DNA from: Tubiluchus corallicola
Lineage: Eukaryota > Animalia > Priapulida
Reading direction: 5' to 3'
Assembly: GCA_030141605.1 (NCBI GenBank)
Contig: JAQGDQ010000459.1
Location: 90,809-154,808 of the forward strand
Length of the DNA stretch: 64,000 nt
The translations under genes were made by a program, and so were the position numbers. Each line of letters starts with the position of its first letter. The stretch's first letter is position 1. Of this stretch, positions 14,699 through 46,432 are shown piece after piece. Under the pieces are notes generated by a model. The model was not told the origin of the DNA. It ran no database searches and was given only the letters and a program-made list of their open reading frames with translations.

Positions 14699-17600
14699 TT
14701 ATTTTATAATAATAATAATAAATCTTTATTAAAGAAATGAATATATATACACAAAGGTGCCTCTTTTTGCAGGCTCAGATTAACAAATTACATTTTCACA
14801 TAAGAAATCTTTTAAATCCAGTTTCACACTATGTACAACGAATAACATTTTATACTTAAATTAGATATAATTTCAAACGAATCACAAGTATTATACAAAC
14901 AAATTAACTTTACACAACTACATAATTTATTTTTTTTTATACTGGGGCGGGCCTAAATTAACAGTTACTTAGTATAAAATTGTCCCTGATCAGGTTAGTG
15001 AAAGCCATTATTAAATTTTTATCAGATTGAAGCATAATATTACGTGTATAATTGGCATCAGCTATTTCCATGAACGGCATTCTTTTTTCATTATCTATTT
15101 TATTACATCTGAATAAAATGTGCTGAGGAGTTTGCTCTTCTTCTCCACATGGACATAAACTAGTATCACACATATTAAGTCTATACAAAAAGCTGTTAAA
15201 ATTCCCCTGGCCAGTTAAAAAGGACATGGCAATGGATTCTATTTTCCTTTCATTATTTCCAAGTGGCAAATTTAAGGGTGTACATTTATATTCTGTATTT
15301 CAACATTATCTCCTCGAAATTGCATAACATGCCTATATTTAGTTGCCCAGGTATAAGAAACATAATCTGTAATTTGACGTTTGGTATAAATTAACATATT
15401 TTCAGGAATTTGTTCAAGATCTGTATTACGAAAGTTTTCATTCCAGACAAATTTTAACAAGTTTCTCACAGTCTGCACATTTGTATACATAATATTTTTA
15501 TAAATATGTCTTCCTGTCAGACGTGCACTACCATACCGCAGAATCTGTTGTTTTACTAAATCATCAGCGCTCTGACATAATGTCTTAAGACATGATTTAA
15601 CCACAATTACATTTAGTTCAATGTCTAACGGTGGAAGACCACAAAGTAATTCCAATTTAGTACGATCTGGTTTAAAAGCCAACCCCGCAGAAACTTTCAT
15701 TATATCATAGGTTATATCTTCAAATACGGTAAGTTTTTTGCCTAACCATACAATAGCACCATACAGTATAATCGGCAAAATAGTAGTTTTATAAATATTT
15801 ACAATGGTAGCAAGTCGCAAACCTGCATATTTACTGCAATTGTTTTTTACTTTCAACCATCTATACCATACCTTTTTATGAACATTGCCCGCGTGTTTAA
15901 CAAATGTTAATTTCCGATCAACAGTTAGGCCTAATATTTTGCTGTCTTCAACAAACAATATTTCATTGTTACTAATTTTTAAATTTTCTGGCTTGTTATT
16001 TTCATCCCATGCCCCTACTAGCAATGCTTCTGTCTTACCAGGTAACGTATTTATCTTTAAACGCCATTTCTGGCACCATTTGTGAAGCACATCACAACAG
16101 CTTTGTGCAATTGTAACACAGGTTTGCGGGTCTGTATTTGACACATGCAAAGATCCATCATCAACATACTTGTACTTTTTAACAGAGTCATGCATATTAT
16201 AAAACATATCTACAATGAAAAATATAAACAGTATTGGGGCTATAACTGACCCCCTGTGGGAGTCCTAAATTGCATCGATATTGATCGGACATATAATCAT
16301 TTATCTTTATGCAGATATTGCGATTTTGTAATATATATGCTATAAGGCGTAGCATAGACCCTCGTACATTTGCACAAATAAGTTTAAATAATAAACCTTC
16401 AACCCAAACACTGTCGAACGCTTTTTCGTAATCACAGCAAATTGTTATACCGTATGCATTATTCAAAATGTCGTCTTCCATATCAGTAACTAATCTGGTT
16501 AAATAACGTACTGTATTTTTGCCTTTTATGAAGCCTTCTTGCTCTGTATCAATGCAGTTTAACTGAAAGAAATGATTTTTAAGTCTATTTATATTAAACG
16601 CTCAACAAGTTTACCTACATACGAAGAAATGGTTATTGGACGATAATTACTGGCATTTGAATAATCGATTTTGTTAGGTTTTTTTAGTGGAATTACTTTC
16701 GTGCACGTCCAAGGCCATAATTGATTTTCTAAGCACATATTTGCGATACGTAATACAATATTTTTTTGCGACTGGCCCAAAATGTTTTATCATTTTTGGG
16801 TGAAACCCATCGGAGTCAAGCGACTTGCCTTCAGTTCGCACTTCACTTACTGCATTTTCTAATTCTTGTAAATTAAACCAGTTATTTAGACAAAAATTTT
16901 CGTTTTGTTCCCAGTCCATAACTGATAATGAGCGTTCAATGTGATTTTTCCAGTTTTCATCAAATTCTTCCGCGTTCATGTGTTCCCCACTAAAAAAAGT
17001 CTTATATAATAAATCAGCACTATCCGAGGCCGAGACTACAGGTGAGCCATTACTAATTAATATATCAACACTATTATTATTATTGCTATTTACACCTTTA
17101 AAAATTTGTTTATATGTTTTCCAGAAGATGGCACCTTTTTCTGCATTTAGTTTTTCTGTCTTGCTCTGTAGCCATCTATTCATAGCACTACTAAGTTCAC
17201 TATCAAAGTTTTCTTTGTCAGTAATATAGATGAGTTTATTTTCGTAGCTTGAGTGTCTTTTGAACTTCTTCCTGCTGAGTCGAACAAGTCTTGATAACCG
17301 TGATAGCTCTGCAGTCCAGAACGGTTTACTGTGAGCACAGATAACTTTACGTTTTAGAGCCAACATATTACTTTCGGCAATAGTTTCTCTAAACCAGTTC
17401 CACATACTAATGACGTCATTGGATAATAACAAGTTATTAAAGACTACGTCGTTTGCTATCAAGGGCTCGTCTAAGTTATGTGACCATTCTGTCCAATTGC
17501 TACCCTTAATGTCGAACACATGTTTCTTTTCTGCCAAATTTGCTTGCGACGTATTAAAGCTGGATATCACAGGATAATGTCCCATTAAGGGGGCGCCACT

Positions 17601-18003
17601 AAACAACTCGACCTCACCGTCCACATATTGATTTAACACTATATTTGCCATTTTATCAGTTGAAATTATTAAATCAATTGTACTGGCACCAGTACCGGAG
17701 CGAAAAGTGCTCGACGATGGAGCAAAAAAAGTTACTTTGCTGTTATTTGCACAAATGAAATCTTTGAGCACTTTGCCATTTGCATTATCTGAAGTATCCC
17801 ACAAAAACAACGTGCGTTAAAGTCTCCAGTAGCTACAAGGCCCCACAAATTGTGAATTTGCACATAATTCATTGCCTCTTTCAAGTTGTTTATTACTCTG
17901 GTAAAACTTTCATGATCGTTCGGTGGGGTGTAAACAGAAGCTAAAAGAAATCTCCGTCCGTTTATATATATGAGCAGCCAAATAATGTCAGTGTTCTGAC
18001 CTT
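14696..18003 (-). mobile_element. I/Jockey-group LINE ORF2 (APE endonuclease, RT, CCHC), frameshifted and 5'-truncated
   Basis: EN motifs SVYTPP, TGDFNAR, STIDLII, GHYPVI. RT motifs YRPITISSYVGKLVERLI, QEGF, DYEKAFDSVW, GLPQG, YVDD. C-terminal CPCGEEEQTPQHILFRC. (TTA)n tail at about 14700-14720. No RNase H seen. Confidence 0.9.
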
Positions 18004-18005
18004 CT

Positions 18006-18605
<600 letters not shown>

Positions 18606-18941
18606 GAGGCACGTGTACGTAGCTAACATAGACACATAAACAACAAAGATGCGTAGAGTAGATCGAAGTATAAATAAGCAAATAAACAAACAAAAAACAT
18701 TAATATTGCTGCATTATTTTATTAAAACAAAAAGTTAATCGTAATTGTAATTATTATAAGTACAGATATACACATCATATTTTTGTCATACATTTGACAT
18801 TTGATATATTTTTACAAAAAGGAACTTGAATTAACTAAAGTTACTACTGTGCAATACATTTTAAAATCAAACATTTAGCTTATATAGCAAAGTATCCAGA
18901 TGTTTGCATCTTTGTATCAAGATGTTGGGAAACTTCAGCGT

Positions 18942-26951
<8,010 letters not shown>

Positions 26952-27058
26952 TGTACTCTGTAATCACTGTAATAACAATAATAATAACAACAATTGTTAC
27001 TTGCTGTGAGACAAGTAGGCTCAATACATGTACGTGAGCTTTTCGTCTCATAGCAGGG

Positions 27059-27066
27059 TTTAAATA
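27059..27066 (-). promoter_or_regulatory. Candidate TATA-like box of paralogue A
   Basis: TATTTAAA about 108 bp upstream of the ATG; conserved in paralogue B at 42182-42189. Confidence 0.3.
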
Positions 27067-27522
27067 GGCAATATCGGGTTAGTGACCCAAATGATCATCC
27101 TATTCAATTCAGAGACAAACATTGACATAGACAATGTCGAACAAAATTTTTGCGACACATGGAAAACTAGGCTTAATTACTCATTGCTAATTGCGTTCTT
27201 AATTGCACAACTGTCGTAATTAGTAAAATCTACATAGTTCTGTGACAAGCATGGAAAGTTTAACTTGATGTAAAACAGTTTAAAACCAAACAGGAATTGT
27301 TCCCTCAGGGCACAGCTCTGGGGCCTAGTCTGTTTTACGTGTTTATACAACAAATCTACTTTTGTTCTATTTACAAAAATTGGTCATCTGTCTATCGCAC
27401 AAACTAGTCCACATTTTCACCAGTTTTCACTTTCTCGTTATCTGCTAAAAGTAATTAATTAAAACGTCTTCATGATCTAGTAAACTGTGAACGAACACAG
27501 CCAGAAGCAAAAACAGCAGCAA

Positions 27523-28324
27523 TCTTCTATATATTAATTCTACTGGTATCTATCGTATATATTAATTCTACTGGCACGGGCTTAATATATATATATATAT
27601 ATAAGATTCGAGGCTACAGCTTCGACGACGGCACCGTTTGCGGCGATCTATACATCAAACGAAAGGTCTCGATCTAGTGTCGTGCCATTGATGGTTTATT
27701 TTTCGAATCGGGCCCACCGGGAGGCGTTGGGGGGGGGGGGGGTGAAAAACCTCCAAAAATGGCCATTTTCGGCCGTTTTTTGGAAAAGTTATATGTCTGA
27801 GATCTGAAGAACGGGAACGGGAACGGGCCGAGGGCGGTGTTGGCTATGGATAGATAGCCCGTTCAGTGGTGGGTGTAGTAGGCATATTTAGCATTTACGA
27901 GAGGGCCACGGCGTCCCGCAACTGGCATTTTCCCGGACCCAGCTCGCGATTTTTTCAAAATTTTGGTCAAACAGCCTGCAGAAAAAACGTTCTAGTGGCG
28001 CCTGGTCGGACTCTCGGAAGGAGATATACGGCTCTTTAGAAAGAGGAAGAACAGGACTACACGATGATGTAGGCTATATTTTCGGATACGTCCGCCAAAA
28101 GGAGTATCGTCGAGTTAATTAGATGTTCTATTTTTGGCAATTTTCGCTTGGAAAACTGCTGACGCAAAGCCATTGTTCTGACGTCATCCATTATACTTTG
28201 CTTATAACTTTAATTCAGTAAAAACTACTGGCTTTGCGTTGTAAGTAAGGACTGTGTAGGATGTTCACGTATTATTGATGATAAGTGTATTTATACGCAA
28301 AATTCTTTGCAGGGCGTTTGCTAG
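27523..28324 (+). mobile_element. Single copy of the same non-autonomous Helitron
   Basis: TC start, GCAAAATTCTTTGC hairpin, CTAG end, inserted between A and T. The paralogous site at about 42460-42510 is empty. Confidence 0.88.
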
Positions 28325-28999
28325 TAGAATTATTATTCTTATTGGTAGCAGTAGTAGCAGTAGTAAAATGAACCTACAAAATTTTTAACAAATTTTGCAA
28401 TGCTGCTTTACAAAAATTTGAAAAATCACTTGGTTGTTTACTGTGCACTAACGTTTGGCCGAGGCAATACGTAATTTATGCTAAAAATAGGACACTGCTC
28501 AAACAACAGTGAAAATTTAGTAAAGGGTGACAAGCACAATTTTTAATAACAACCAAAAATCATCAGTAAAAGATCGCACAGTAGCTGAATTAATTTTTTT
28601 TTATTTCCCAAAATTCTCACTCCACCTAGGCCAGTGTTAATATCAGCCATTTATTTTGTTTCTATAGTGTTGGTTTAAACTCATTGTTAGTCTTATAATG
28701 TAATCTTTGGTCTTGTAGACTAAAATTATCTTGTATTTCCATAAAAAATAAACGTATTGTTGCTATATTGTATCATGTTTTTAATTTTATGACTGGTCGG
28801 GACCTTTCTCTCTCCAACGCAATGAGTAATAATTGGTAAAACAAACTGCAATGGCTTATAGAAGATTCACAGACATAATTAACTAATGAACAAGGAACAT
28901 TTATCGTAGAATTGCGGGATAGAACTTTTAACAATTCTGGGAAATAGAATGTAATTGGAACACAAATCCCAATTGTCTTCTTCACAATTTGGTAGAAGT

Positions 29000-29023
29000 A
29001 AAGATAGAGAGAGGGAATGAGAA

Positions 29024-29075
<52 letters not shown>

Positions 29076-29091
29076 CGAGAAAGAGAGAGAT

Positions 29092-29138
<47 letters not shown>

Positions 29139-29163
29139 AAGAGAAAGAGAGAGATAGAGAGAA

Positions 29164-29199
<36 letters not shown>

Positions 29200-29219
29200 G
29201 AAGAGAGAGATAGAGAGAA

Positions 29220-29252
<33 letters not shown>

Positions 29253-29375
29253 AAGAAAAAGAGAGAGATAGACAGAAAGAGAGAGAGAGAGAGAAAGAGA
29301 GAGATAGAGAGAAAGAGAGAGAGAGACAGAGAGAGAAAGAGAGAGAGAGAAAGAGAAAGAGAGAGATAGAGAGAA

Positions 29376-29436
<61 letters not shown>

Positions 29437-29542
29437 GAGAGAGGGAGAGAGAGGGAGGGAGAGAGAGAGGGGCAGAGAGAAAGTGAGTGAGTGAGAGATA
29501 AAGTGAGTGGGAGAGAGAGAGAAAGGAAAAGAGAGGTAACGT

Positions 29543-29582
<40 letters not shown>

Positions 29583-29659
29583 GGAAATAGAGAGAGAGAG
29601 CGAAAATGAAGAGAGAGAGAAACAGGGAAAGAAAAAAGAAAGGGACAGAAAGGGAGAGG

Positions 29660-29712
<53 letters not shown>

Positions 29713-29752
29713 AGAGGGAGAAACAGGGAAAGAAAGGGACAGAAAGGGAGAG
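29000..29752. repeat. GA-rich tract (continues at 31240-31545 after a LINE insertion)
   Basis: Direct inspection. Confidence 0.97.
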
Positions 29753-31239
29753 GGATTCAATCTGATATTCGCCTTTTTGCAGACGATACGGTTTTAATGG
29801 ATTCGTTAGAGGATAACCCACATACATCAGCAAATCGCTTAAAGGCAGATCTCAGAATAATTGAAAACTGGGCCAAACGTTGGTTGGTTAAATTTAATCC
29901 AAATAAGACCAAAGTCATGCTTTTCTCCCGTAAATCCAATGCTCCTCAATATCCTACTCTGTATTTATCTAATACTCCACTGAAAACTGCAAATGTTCAC
30001 AAACACTTAGGTATCCATCTTTCATCTGACCTGAACTGGAATTATCACGTCGCAAAAATGGTAGACAAAACAAATTCAAAGCTAAACAACTTTCGACGCG
30101 TGTCAGTTAATATGCCCAGAGCTACGCGGGAACGATTATTCATTACGGCTATTCTCCCTGCCATCGAATATGGTAACGTAGTATGGTCAGGATGCAGTGA
30201 AAACAGTATACGTTTGTTAGAAAATATTCAGCTAACTGCTGCTAGAATCTGTTCTGGCGCTGTGTTTCGATCTTCCCCTGCAAGTATCTTGTCTGATAGC
30301 GGCTTCACTAAATTAGTGACACGCTTCCATTATCTTTTTTTCTATGTCTATGTCTTTTTTTCAAAATAATCAATGACTTAGTGCCCCACTATTTAAGTGT
30401 AATTCTGCCGCCAAAGGTAAACGAAGTTACCCCCTATTATATACGCAGTGGTACTAAATACAGAAATTATAATTGCCGTTCTGTTAGCTGTGAAAAATCG
30501 TTTTTCATATCGACCATTAATATGTGGAACAACTTACCACAGAACATTCGTGAAATTACATCCATTTCACAATTCAAACAAGAGCTCAAATCTCATGTAA
30601 GTTTTTCGTTGCGTAAGAAACATTTTTCCTTTGGTAAACCTCCAATATCAGTGCATCATACGCGCATGAGAATCGGATTTTCTCAGCTAAACTATGACCT
30701 TTTCTCTAAAGGCTGTAAAGATAATAACGGTCATCCAATATTGCCGAATTGTAACTGTGGATTTCGATTTGAGTCTGTTGAACACTTTTTGTTGCACTGC
30801 CTATTGTATCAACTAGCTAGGGTTGTTATGTTTGATAAATTAAATGAAATACTTCTGCTCGAAAACATTAATATAGCTGCCTTAGGAAATAATGATCTGT
30901 TGAAGTTGTTATTACTCGGAGAAGATGAATTTAACTATGTTACTGACTGTAAAATATTCCAATGTATACATGACTTTATATTATGTACTAAACGCTTCCA
31001 GTAGTTTCTATCTGATATAAAATGCATCAGTCTTAAATAATCGTACATTAATACTTTCTAACCGTCATTTTCTACTAATGTCTAATGTAATCTTGTTGTA
31101 AAACTTGTCAGCTTGTGTAGTTATAGTCTATTCTTACTGTAAATGTTCTTGTAAATAGTGTATAAAGTCTGTTGTGGTGAGGATCCTAAATCATGTTGTT
31201 CAAACTGTCTGATCCGATCCTAAATAAATATGTTTAAAC
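29753..31239 (+). mobile_element. 5'-truncated CR1/L2-group LINE
   Basis: IRLFADD, WAKRWLVKFNPNKT, HKHLGIHLSSDLNW, IEYGNVVW, CNCGFRFESVEHFLLHC. AATAAA near the 3' end. Candidate TSD AAAGGGAGAG at 29743-29752 and 31240-31249. Confidence 0.9.
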
Positions 31240-31545
31240 AAAGGGAGAGCGAAAGAGGGGGAGAAAGAGAGGAGAAAGAGACAACAAAGAGAGAAGAAAG
31301 AGAGAAAGTGAGTGAGTGAGAGAGAGATGGAGAAAGAGAGGAGAGGGAGAAAGGGAGAGAGAGAGGGAGAGAAAGAGACAGGGAGAGACAGGGAGAGACA
31401 GGGAGAGAATGGGAGAGAGAGAGAAGAAAGAGAGAAAGTGACTGAGTGAGAGACAGGGAGAAAGAAAGAAGAAAGAGAGAAAGGGATTGAGTGAGAGAGA
31501 GAAAGTGAGTGGGAGAGAGAGAGAGAGAGAGAAAGAGATAAAGAG

Positions 31546-33360
31546 ATTTGATTTACTTCCTTATTTCAAACTTTATTTCATATATATACAACAAAAATTC
31601 AAATAAACAACACAAAGCACGCAAAGTAAACATAACACAAAACAACATTACAAATAATAATAATAATAACATTCGCATTGGCTTCAATCATTATATCAAA
31701 GAATATCAACAATGGAAAAATTAAGCATACAATTTCATTCTCCAAATCTTTCTTATACTGGAAGTAAATAAAGTATCACTAGCAAATATCGTTCTACACA
31801 ACAAGTTTTTACTTTGTGAAATTCTAGTATCCAGACTGTAAATGCTTTTCCTATAAATAACATCAAAGTACACTAATTTATGTGTCACAGAAATGTCGTT
31901 GGCACTGTGATCGAACTGGTAATTGAAAATTTTTTCGCATTGATTTATTAAGAGCAACCTTAAGTTTGTTCAGATTATAATTATGAAAATGCCGCCAGGT
32001 AGTAGAAGCTATTACAATAAGTATTGAATAGACGTGTTTTACAGCATTGGTGCAATAGTAAAATTTACGGCACAACTTATTTGCTCGAGAGTAATAAATG
32101 CCTACTTGCCCTATGATATCTAGATCGTCTCTGTTGTCCCTAGAAATGATGTGACCAAGATATTTTTCATTATCACAAGGCTCAATAACAAATCCAGCTA
32201 ACTTAACTTTTGCGAACTCAAAGTTGCTCATAATGGAAGATGTTATAGTCAGAAGCTTAGTTTTGTCAACATTAATTAAAATATCAAATTTTGCTGCACA
32301 ATCAACATATATATCACATAATTTCTTCAGAGCAGTTGTCGTGGTACTTAATAGGCAAATATCATCAGCATATGTCAAATGATTCTAATAAATATCTGCA
32401 ATTTGACATCCAAGGTTACTAGAGGCAGGATTTTCACTAAGTTCTCTAAAGTAGAAGTTAAACAGAAGAGGGGACATCTTTCCTCCCTGCCGTACACCAT
32501 AGCCAACTTTAAAAATCTCAGAGTTATAATTGCCCCATCTCACCAGCATGCCTTGATGGGTGTAATAAAAAACAAGTAAACGAACAACAACATTTGGCAT
32601 CTCAGTTTCAATGAATTTTAAAAGCAGTTTAAAATAATTAATTCTATCGAAGGCTTTGGAGGCTTCTAAAAACATTATATGTACAGTACTCTGGCGGTCT
32701 ATATAATAGTCTACTACTTCTTTTATCATGTTAATACATAAGTCAGTACCCAAATTCTCCACATAACCAAACTGGTTGGGTGTGGCAGGTAAACAATCAG
32801 CATAACGAGTCAATACAACAATTTCTAAAAGTTTACTTGAGACAGAAGATAAAGCGATGGGTCTGAAGTCATTTCTGTCTGTTGTGTCTCTATTTTTGTC
32901 TTTAATAAGTGGTACAATTACTGATAACATTAGTGAGTCTGGTAAGAAACAATGAGTGATACAAGAGTTATAAAACAATGAGAACAAAACTGGTACCACG
33001 TGAGAGGCATATCTAAAATGCTCTGACTTGAGACTGTCTGGTCCAGCTGACCTATTCAATGCTAGCTTTTTAATGGCTTGCTGTACCTCAACTCCCGTAA
33101 ATTTGTTAATTTCATTGACGTTTCCAGACAGTGCTTCATGTAATTTATTGGCAAGATTACTGTTATCAACAGAGTTAAGAAGATTCTGATAATGATCACC
33201 CCACATGTCACAAATTGCCTTTTCGCCTACTACGTCGCCAATTTTTGGTGGAAGTGGCATTTTTAAGTTGGTTTCTTTTTTGATCTGAGCCCAGAACTGA
33301 TATGAGCTGCAGTTCATAAGTCTATATGCAATTTTGTTCCTGGCTACTTGTGTCTATTAT
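31546..33360 (-). mobile_element. 5'-truncated RTE-X-like LINE, related to 12670-14621
   Basis: ORFs 32385-33317, 31878-32378 and 31721-31957 contain FRPIALSS, ASKAFDRIN, GVRQGGKMSPLLFNFY, YADD, EKYLGHII. The 5' junction is about 22 nt after the stop codon of paralogue B. Confidence 0.9.
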
Positions 33361-33382
33361 GGGAAACTTCAGCTTCCAACGT

Positions 33383-42082
<8,700 letters not shown>

Positions 42083-42904
42083 TGCGCTCTGTAATCACTA
42101 TAATAACAATAATAATAACAACTATGGTTATTTGCTGTGAGGCTCAGATCATGTATGTGAACTCTTCGTTTCATAGCAGCGTTTAAATAGGCAATTTCGG
42201 GTTAGTAACCCAAATGATCGTCCTATTGAGCCCATAAATAAACATCAACATAAACAAACTGGACATAAGACAGTTTAAACCGAAACACGAATTGTTCCCT
42301 CAGGGCACAGCTCTGGGGCCAATTCTGTTTTACGTGTATATACTACAAATCTACTTCTGTTCAACTTACAAAATTAATCTTCTGTTTATCACACAAACTA
42401 GTCAACATTTTCACCAGTTTTCACTTTTTAATTATCTGTTAAAAGTAATTGCGAATGAATACAGCCAGTAGCATCAACAGTAGCAGCAGCAGCAGCAGTA
42501 GTAGTAATAACTATTTGTTAAATGTAAATTTATTTTCTCATCTTTTCATTAATTATTGTTCAGTTTTCAGAGCTTATTGTTGAAATATAAAGCCACGTGA
42601 TAGTCATTTATTTGTTACAGTGCCATTTACATACAAATCAGACCTGCTTGGGACGCGAAAGAAACATGCAAATAATACAGTTAAAATCTTTATTTCTCCT
42701 ACATGGGCAACGTACCTAGGTTTGTGGGGCGAGGTTTTCAACTGTTGCTCTTCCACCTTGCTAATTTTCGATTATCTTACTATTAAAGGAAGACACGATG
42801 ATTTTCATATACTTCCCTATTTTTAATCCCAATAAAAAGTATACTTTTAAACACAATTAATTCTGCAAAAGCGTTTCTGATAACAAAATAATGGAGTAAA
42901 ATCT

Positions 42905-43298
42905 TAATTAACGGTGGGCGAGTCCAACTACTGATGACATCACAAACAAACAATTTTCAACAGGAAAAATATTCCACGAGGGTATTACACGTGTTTGCAT
43001 AAGCGAAAATTGAAGTACAGTGCTACTGTCACAACTAACACATCTGAACTGAGAGGTACAGCACCTGTTTTTGTGCAGTGCGTTTTCGAAATGCAGGCGC
43101 TAGTACCCGTCTAACTAGCGAATGGCGAAATGCATGAAACAGATAAGAACTAGCCGTGTCAACGTGAAATTGCGTTTGTGTGGTAATAATTCTTTCACGT
43201 AAGTCATTTTTGAAAAAAAAATAGAATGTTTCCTTTCAATATTTTAAAGAGTGGATTGTTCTGACTTACAGTTTAAGATTTGGTCCGGTTTTGCTTAA
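42905..43298. mobile_element. Kolobok-like family, copy 2
   Basis: Inverted homologue of 52890-53370; ends GGTCCGGTTTTGC followed by TTAA. Confidence 0.55.
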
Positions 43299-43544
43299 AG
43301 GAAACTAGTTCAAATCTAACAGTAAGCAATTTTTTACAAACTTTAAGCATTATGATTACAGCAACTCTCCACAAATGTGGTGCCGAAAGAGCTTAAAGAA
43401 CACGCAGTTAAATTTTTTAAGGCATTAGTCCAATTTGTTTGCTTCAAAATTGTTCAAGATAACTCTGTCTTGGCTGCGTTACCGTTCCGTGTATTAATAG
43501 GTTTATTTTCAGCTTTCGAAATTTACAGCTGAATAGAGTCTACA

Positions 43545-43672
43545 TTGAGAGGGTGCCTATATATATATTCTTCCCTTGAGAGGGTGCCTATATATATATA
43601 TATATTCTTCCCTTGAAAGGGTGCCTATATATATATATATATATATATACATATATATATTCTTCTCTTGAG
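43545..43672. repeat. Short tandem triplication containing (TA)n
   Basis: TTGAGAGGGTGCC(TA)nTTCTTCCC three times, with the TA run lengthening. Confidence 0.85.
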
Positions 43673-45619
43673 ATTTTTGTAGTTAAATTTAATTGCATTA
43701 ATTGCACTTACATTGTTTTTTGCTTAATTTGCATCATACATAATTTGCGATACGTTTTTATATAGGTCCAACGAAAATAAGATCATAAAGGTTGTAAAAA
43801 TTTTCCATACCATACTATAGTTTACTATGTATACTATATATACTAAACAATTGTATATACCATACTATATCATACTGAATTTTGACTTATACGAGCACGT
43901 ATAATTTGACCTGATCAAATATTGACACTATTACAACCCTGTAGGCATCAGCGGTATTTAGTAATTTACATTTGTAAAAACGCTCAACGAAAATAAGGCT
44001 AAAAGTTGGTAAACCTCTATATTATAGATGCATTATTTTAGCTTGCAGGATCACCTCAATTGATTTGACATCCTAAAATACTGACACGGTTTCAACCTCG
44101 TTAGCATTACCGGTATTTAGTAATGGAAAACATAGTTCAGAATTCATATAAAATTTATACTGTAATATATACGTGTTTCTGTTTCGACACACTACCTGTC
44201 AGTTGGTCTAAATTTAAAGTAAAAGCCATGTCTCTCGGCAAGCTGAACTTATCTTAATATGTTAGAAAGTTTCAGCAATAAAAATGTGGTAAGCATCTCG
44301 TGTAATTAGTAAAAACAATTTAAAGTCGTGGTTACTTTACGCTTGTGCGTGCTCATTTCAGACGAAAAATGACGTCATCTGGTTTCCGTGTAATATAAAC
44401 ACTTATCCCACCAGCTGCTTCAGAATCCTTTTTAACTTATAGAGCGAATTCTATAAACTAAGTAACCAGCCCGGTACCTACTACGTGCTGGCAAGTTTAC
44501 ATGAGTATCTAAAAGTCAACAAAAACCTGTAAATTAATTATTTACACAATTAATGTTAATTACTTTCAGATTTTAAAATGTAATCCTGTAGATTAAAGCA
44601 AAGTAACCACTTTAAATTTGGTCATAATTGATTGAATGACTAATTTTTAAATTAACAGTTAAACACAATATTAGAATAACAGAACTTCTAAGCAAACTGT
44701 AGAAATTTCTCATCGCGTACCTTCACACAGCTTGCCATCACGGCATTCACGCTGCCCAGCAGACACCAGCTTACGTCATTTTTTTCAAATATGGCGGCAG
44801 CATCGTTCGTATGGCAGGGGATAAAACATATTTAAATTTCTTTTATATTTCTAAGCAAAACATTCTATGCGCATATGTTGTATTGTGATTTCAATATTTT
44901 TAATTATACATTAAAATGCAATAAATGTTGTTCAAGGTTGGTTCTTCCTTTAAAAATTTGCAATAAAGTCAACTCTAGTCAGTTTTTAGTAGGTGATTCG
45001 TCCCTGATTTATGCAGGTTTTCGGATTATATTTTGAAATTGTCTAGGTGCCTCTTATTCACAATCCATTCATCATCTTATGTGTAATAGCGTAGTTTGTC
45101 CTTCTGTTCTTCTAATAAGTTGCTTGCAGTATATATGGCTGATGTGGATTTATAAGTTTGTCCTAAAGACCCACCTCCGCGTGCTACAAATACGGCTACG
45201 GTAACAGCAGTGATCAGTTCAGTCTAAAAATTCACCTCCAGTATAAATTTTTATACTGTACTTATGTAATTAATTAAAACCTCCTTGTTTTTAATTATAA
45301 ATTCTTTTTCTTGCAACAATGAACAAACATTAAAGCATTTCCCAATGACAACAAATGATTTGTGATTATCTTTCTTTTAGTAGTATGTTAATCGTATAAT
45401 TATAAGTAGTAATTTTGAATAAGTATAAAATCTACGAGAAACAAGCGACGATAATTAGACGAGCGCCATCTAGGCGTTACAAAACGAAGTTTTCGTGTTT
45501 AAAACTTCACCAGAAGCTCCATCATTAGTCCAACTTTAATAAAACGATCTTTATCAATGTTTTTGAAAGCATCTACAATGATCCAAGAGAAATTTTGCAA
45601 GCCAGTATAAGCCACTACT

Positions 45620-45884
45620 GCCTGTCTAACACAGCACCTAGTACAGCACTTGTTTTTTGTGCAATCCGTTTCTGAAATGCAGGCGCTAGTGCCCGTCTAA
45701 CTAGCAAATGGTGAAATGCATGTAACAGCGAAGAACTAGTGACGCGAACATGAAATTGTGTTTGTGTAGTAATAATTCTTTCACGTAAGTCATTTTTGAA
45801 AAAAAATAGTAAGTTTCCTTTCAATATTTTAAAGAGTAGGTTGTTTTGAGCAACAGATTAAGATTGTGTCCAATTTTGCTTTAA
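45620..45884. mobile_element. Kolobok-like family, copy 3 (partial)
   Basis: Similar to 43050-43298; ends CAATTTTGCT followed by TTAA. Confidence 0.55.
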
Positions 45885-45889
45885 ATTAA

Positions 45890-46432
45890 AGGAATACTGG
45901 ACGATTGTTTAGACTCAATCTCATTCTAATTTTACTGTCCAAAATATACATTGTCTTGCCCATAAAAGTTAACAATTGTTCGTTATATTTGAAAAATTAG
46001 CTTTGAAAGTTAATTAACGGCAACGGAACTCGGCTATTGCTTACGTTAGAAACTAACAACAGTTGATCAATGGCATGCATCTTCCCTTGCACGTCAAGCA
46101 CGTTTGTGTTAGTGTTACTGCTTAAACGCGTGATGTCACGAAAATGGGCTCTATATCATATGACGTCAGAAACTAACACTGCAGTTCATGATCATGGTTA
46201 TCACGGTGCCGCCTTCTATTTGTCGGCCACGCGAATGTGACAAAAAGGCGCCGTTGCCAATCCTAGTAGATTCACTGAGCCTCGCGTAGCTTTCAAATTT
46301 TAACGAAACTTGAGTATCCGAGGTAATTATTATTTAATCTAAGCTTTGGTTTAAAATAAACTATTGTAGTTTTCAATATTTTAGAGAATTCTTTATTCTG
46401 AACTCGTGTTTACACAATCATCCGGTTTTCCT
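45890..46432. mobile_element. Kolobok-like MITE with TTAA TSD
   Basis: TTAA|AGGAATACTGGACGATTGTTTAGAC ... GTTTACACAATCATCCGGTTTTCCT|TTAA; imperfect TIR of about 25 bp. Confidence 0.75.

Noticed and set aside
27290-27350. Conserved GC-rich block upstream of both pentraxins (also about 42290-42345) as a cis-element
   Set aside because: It translates to PQGTALGPSLFYVFI, an old LINE RT motif duplicated with the segment.
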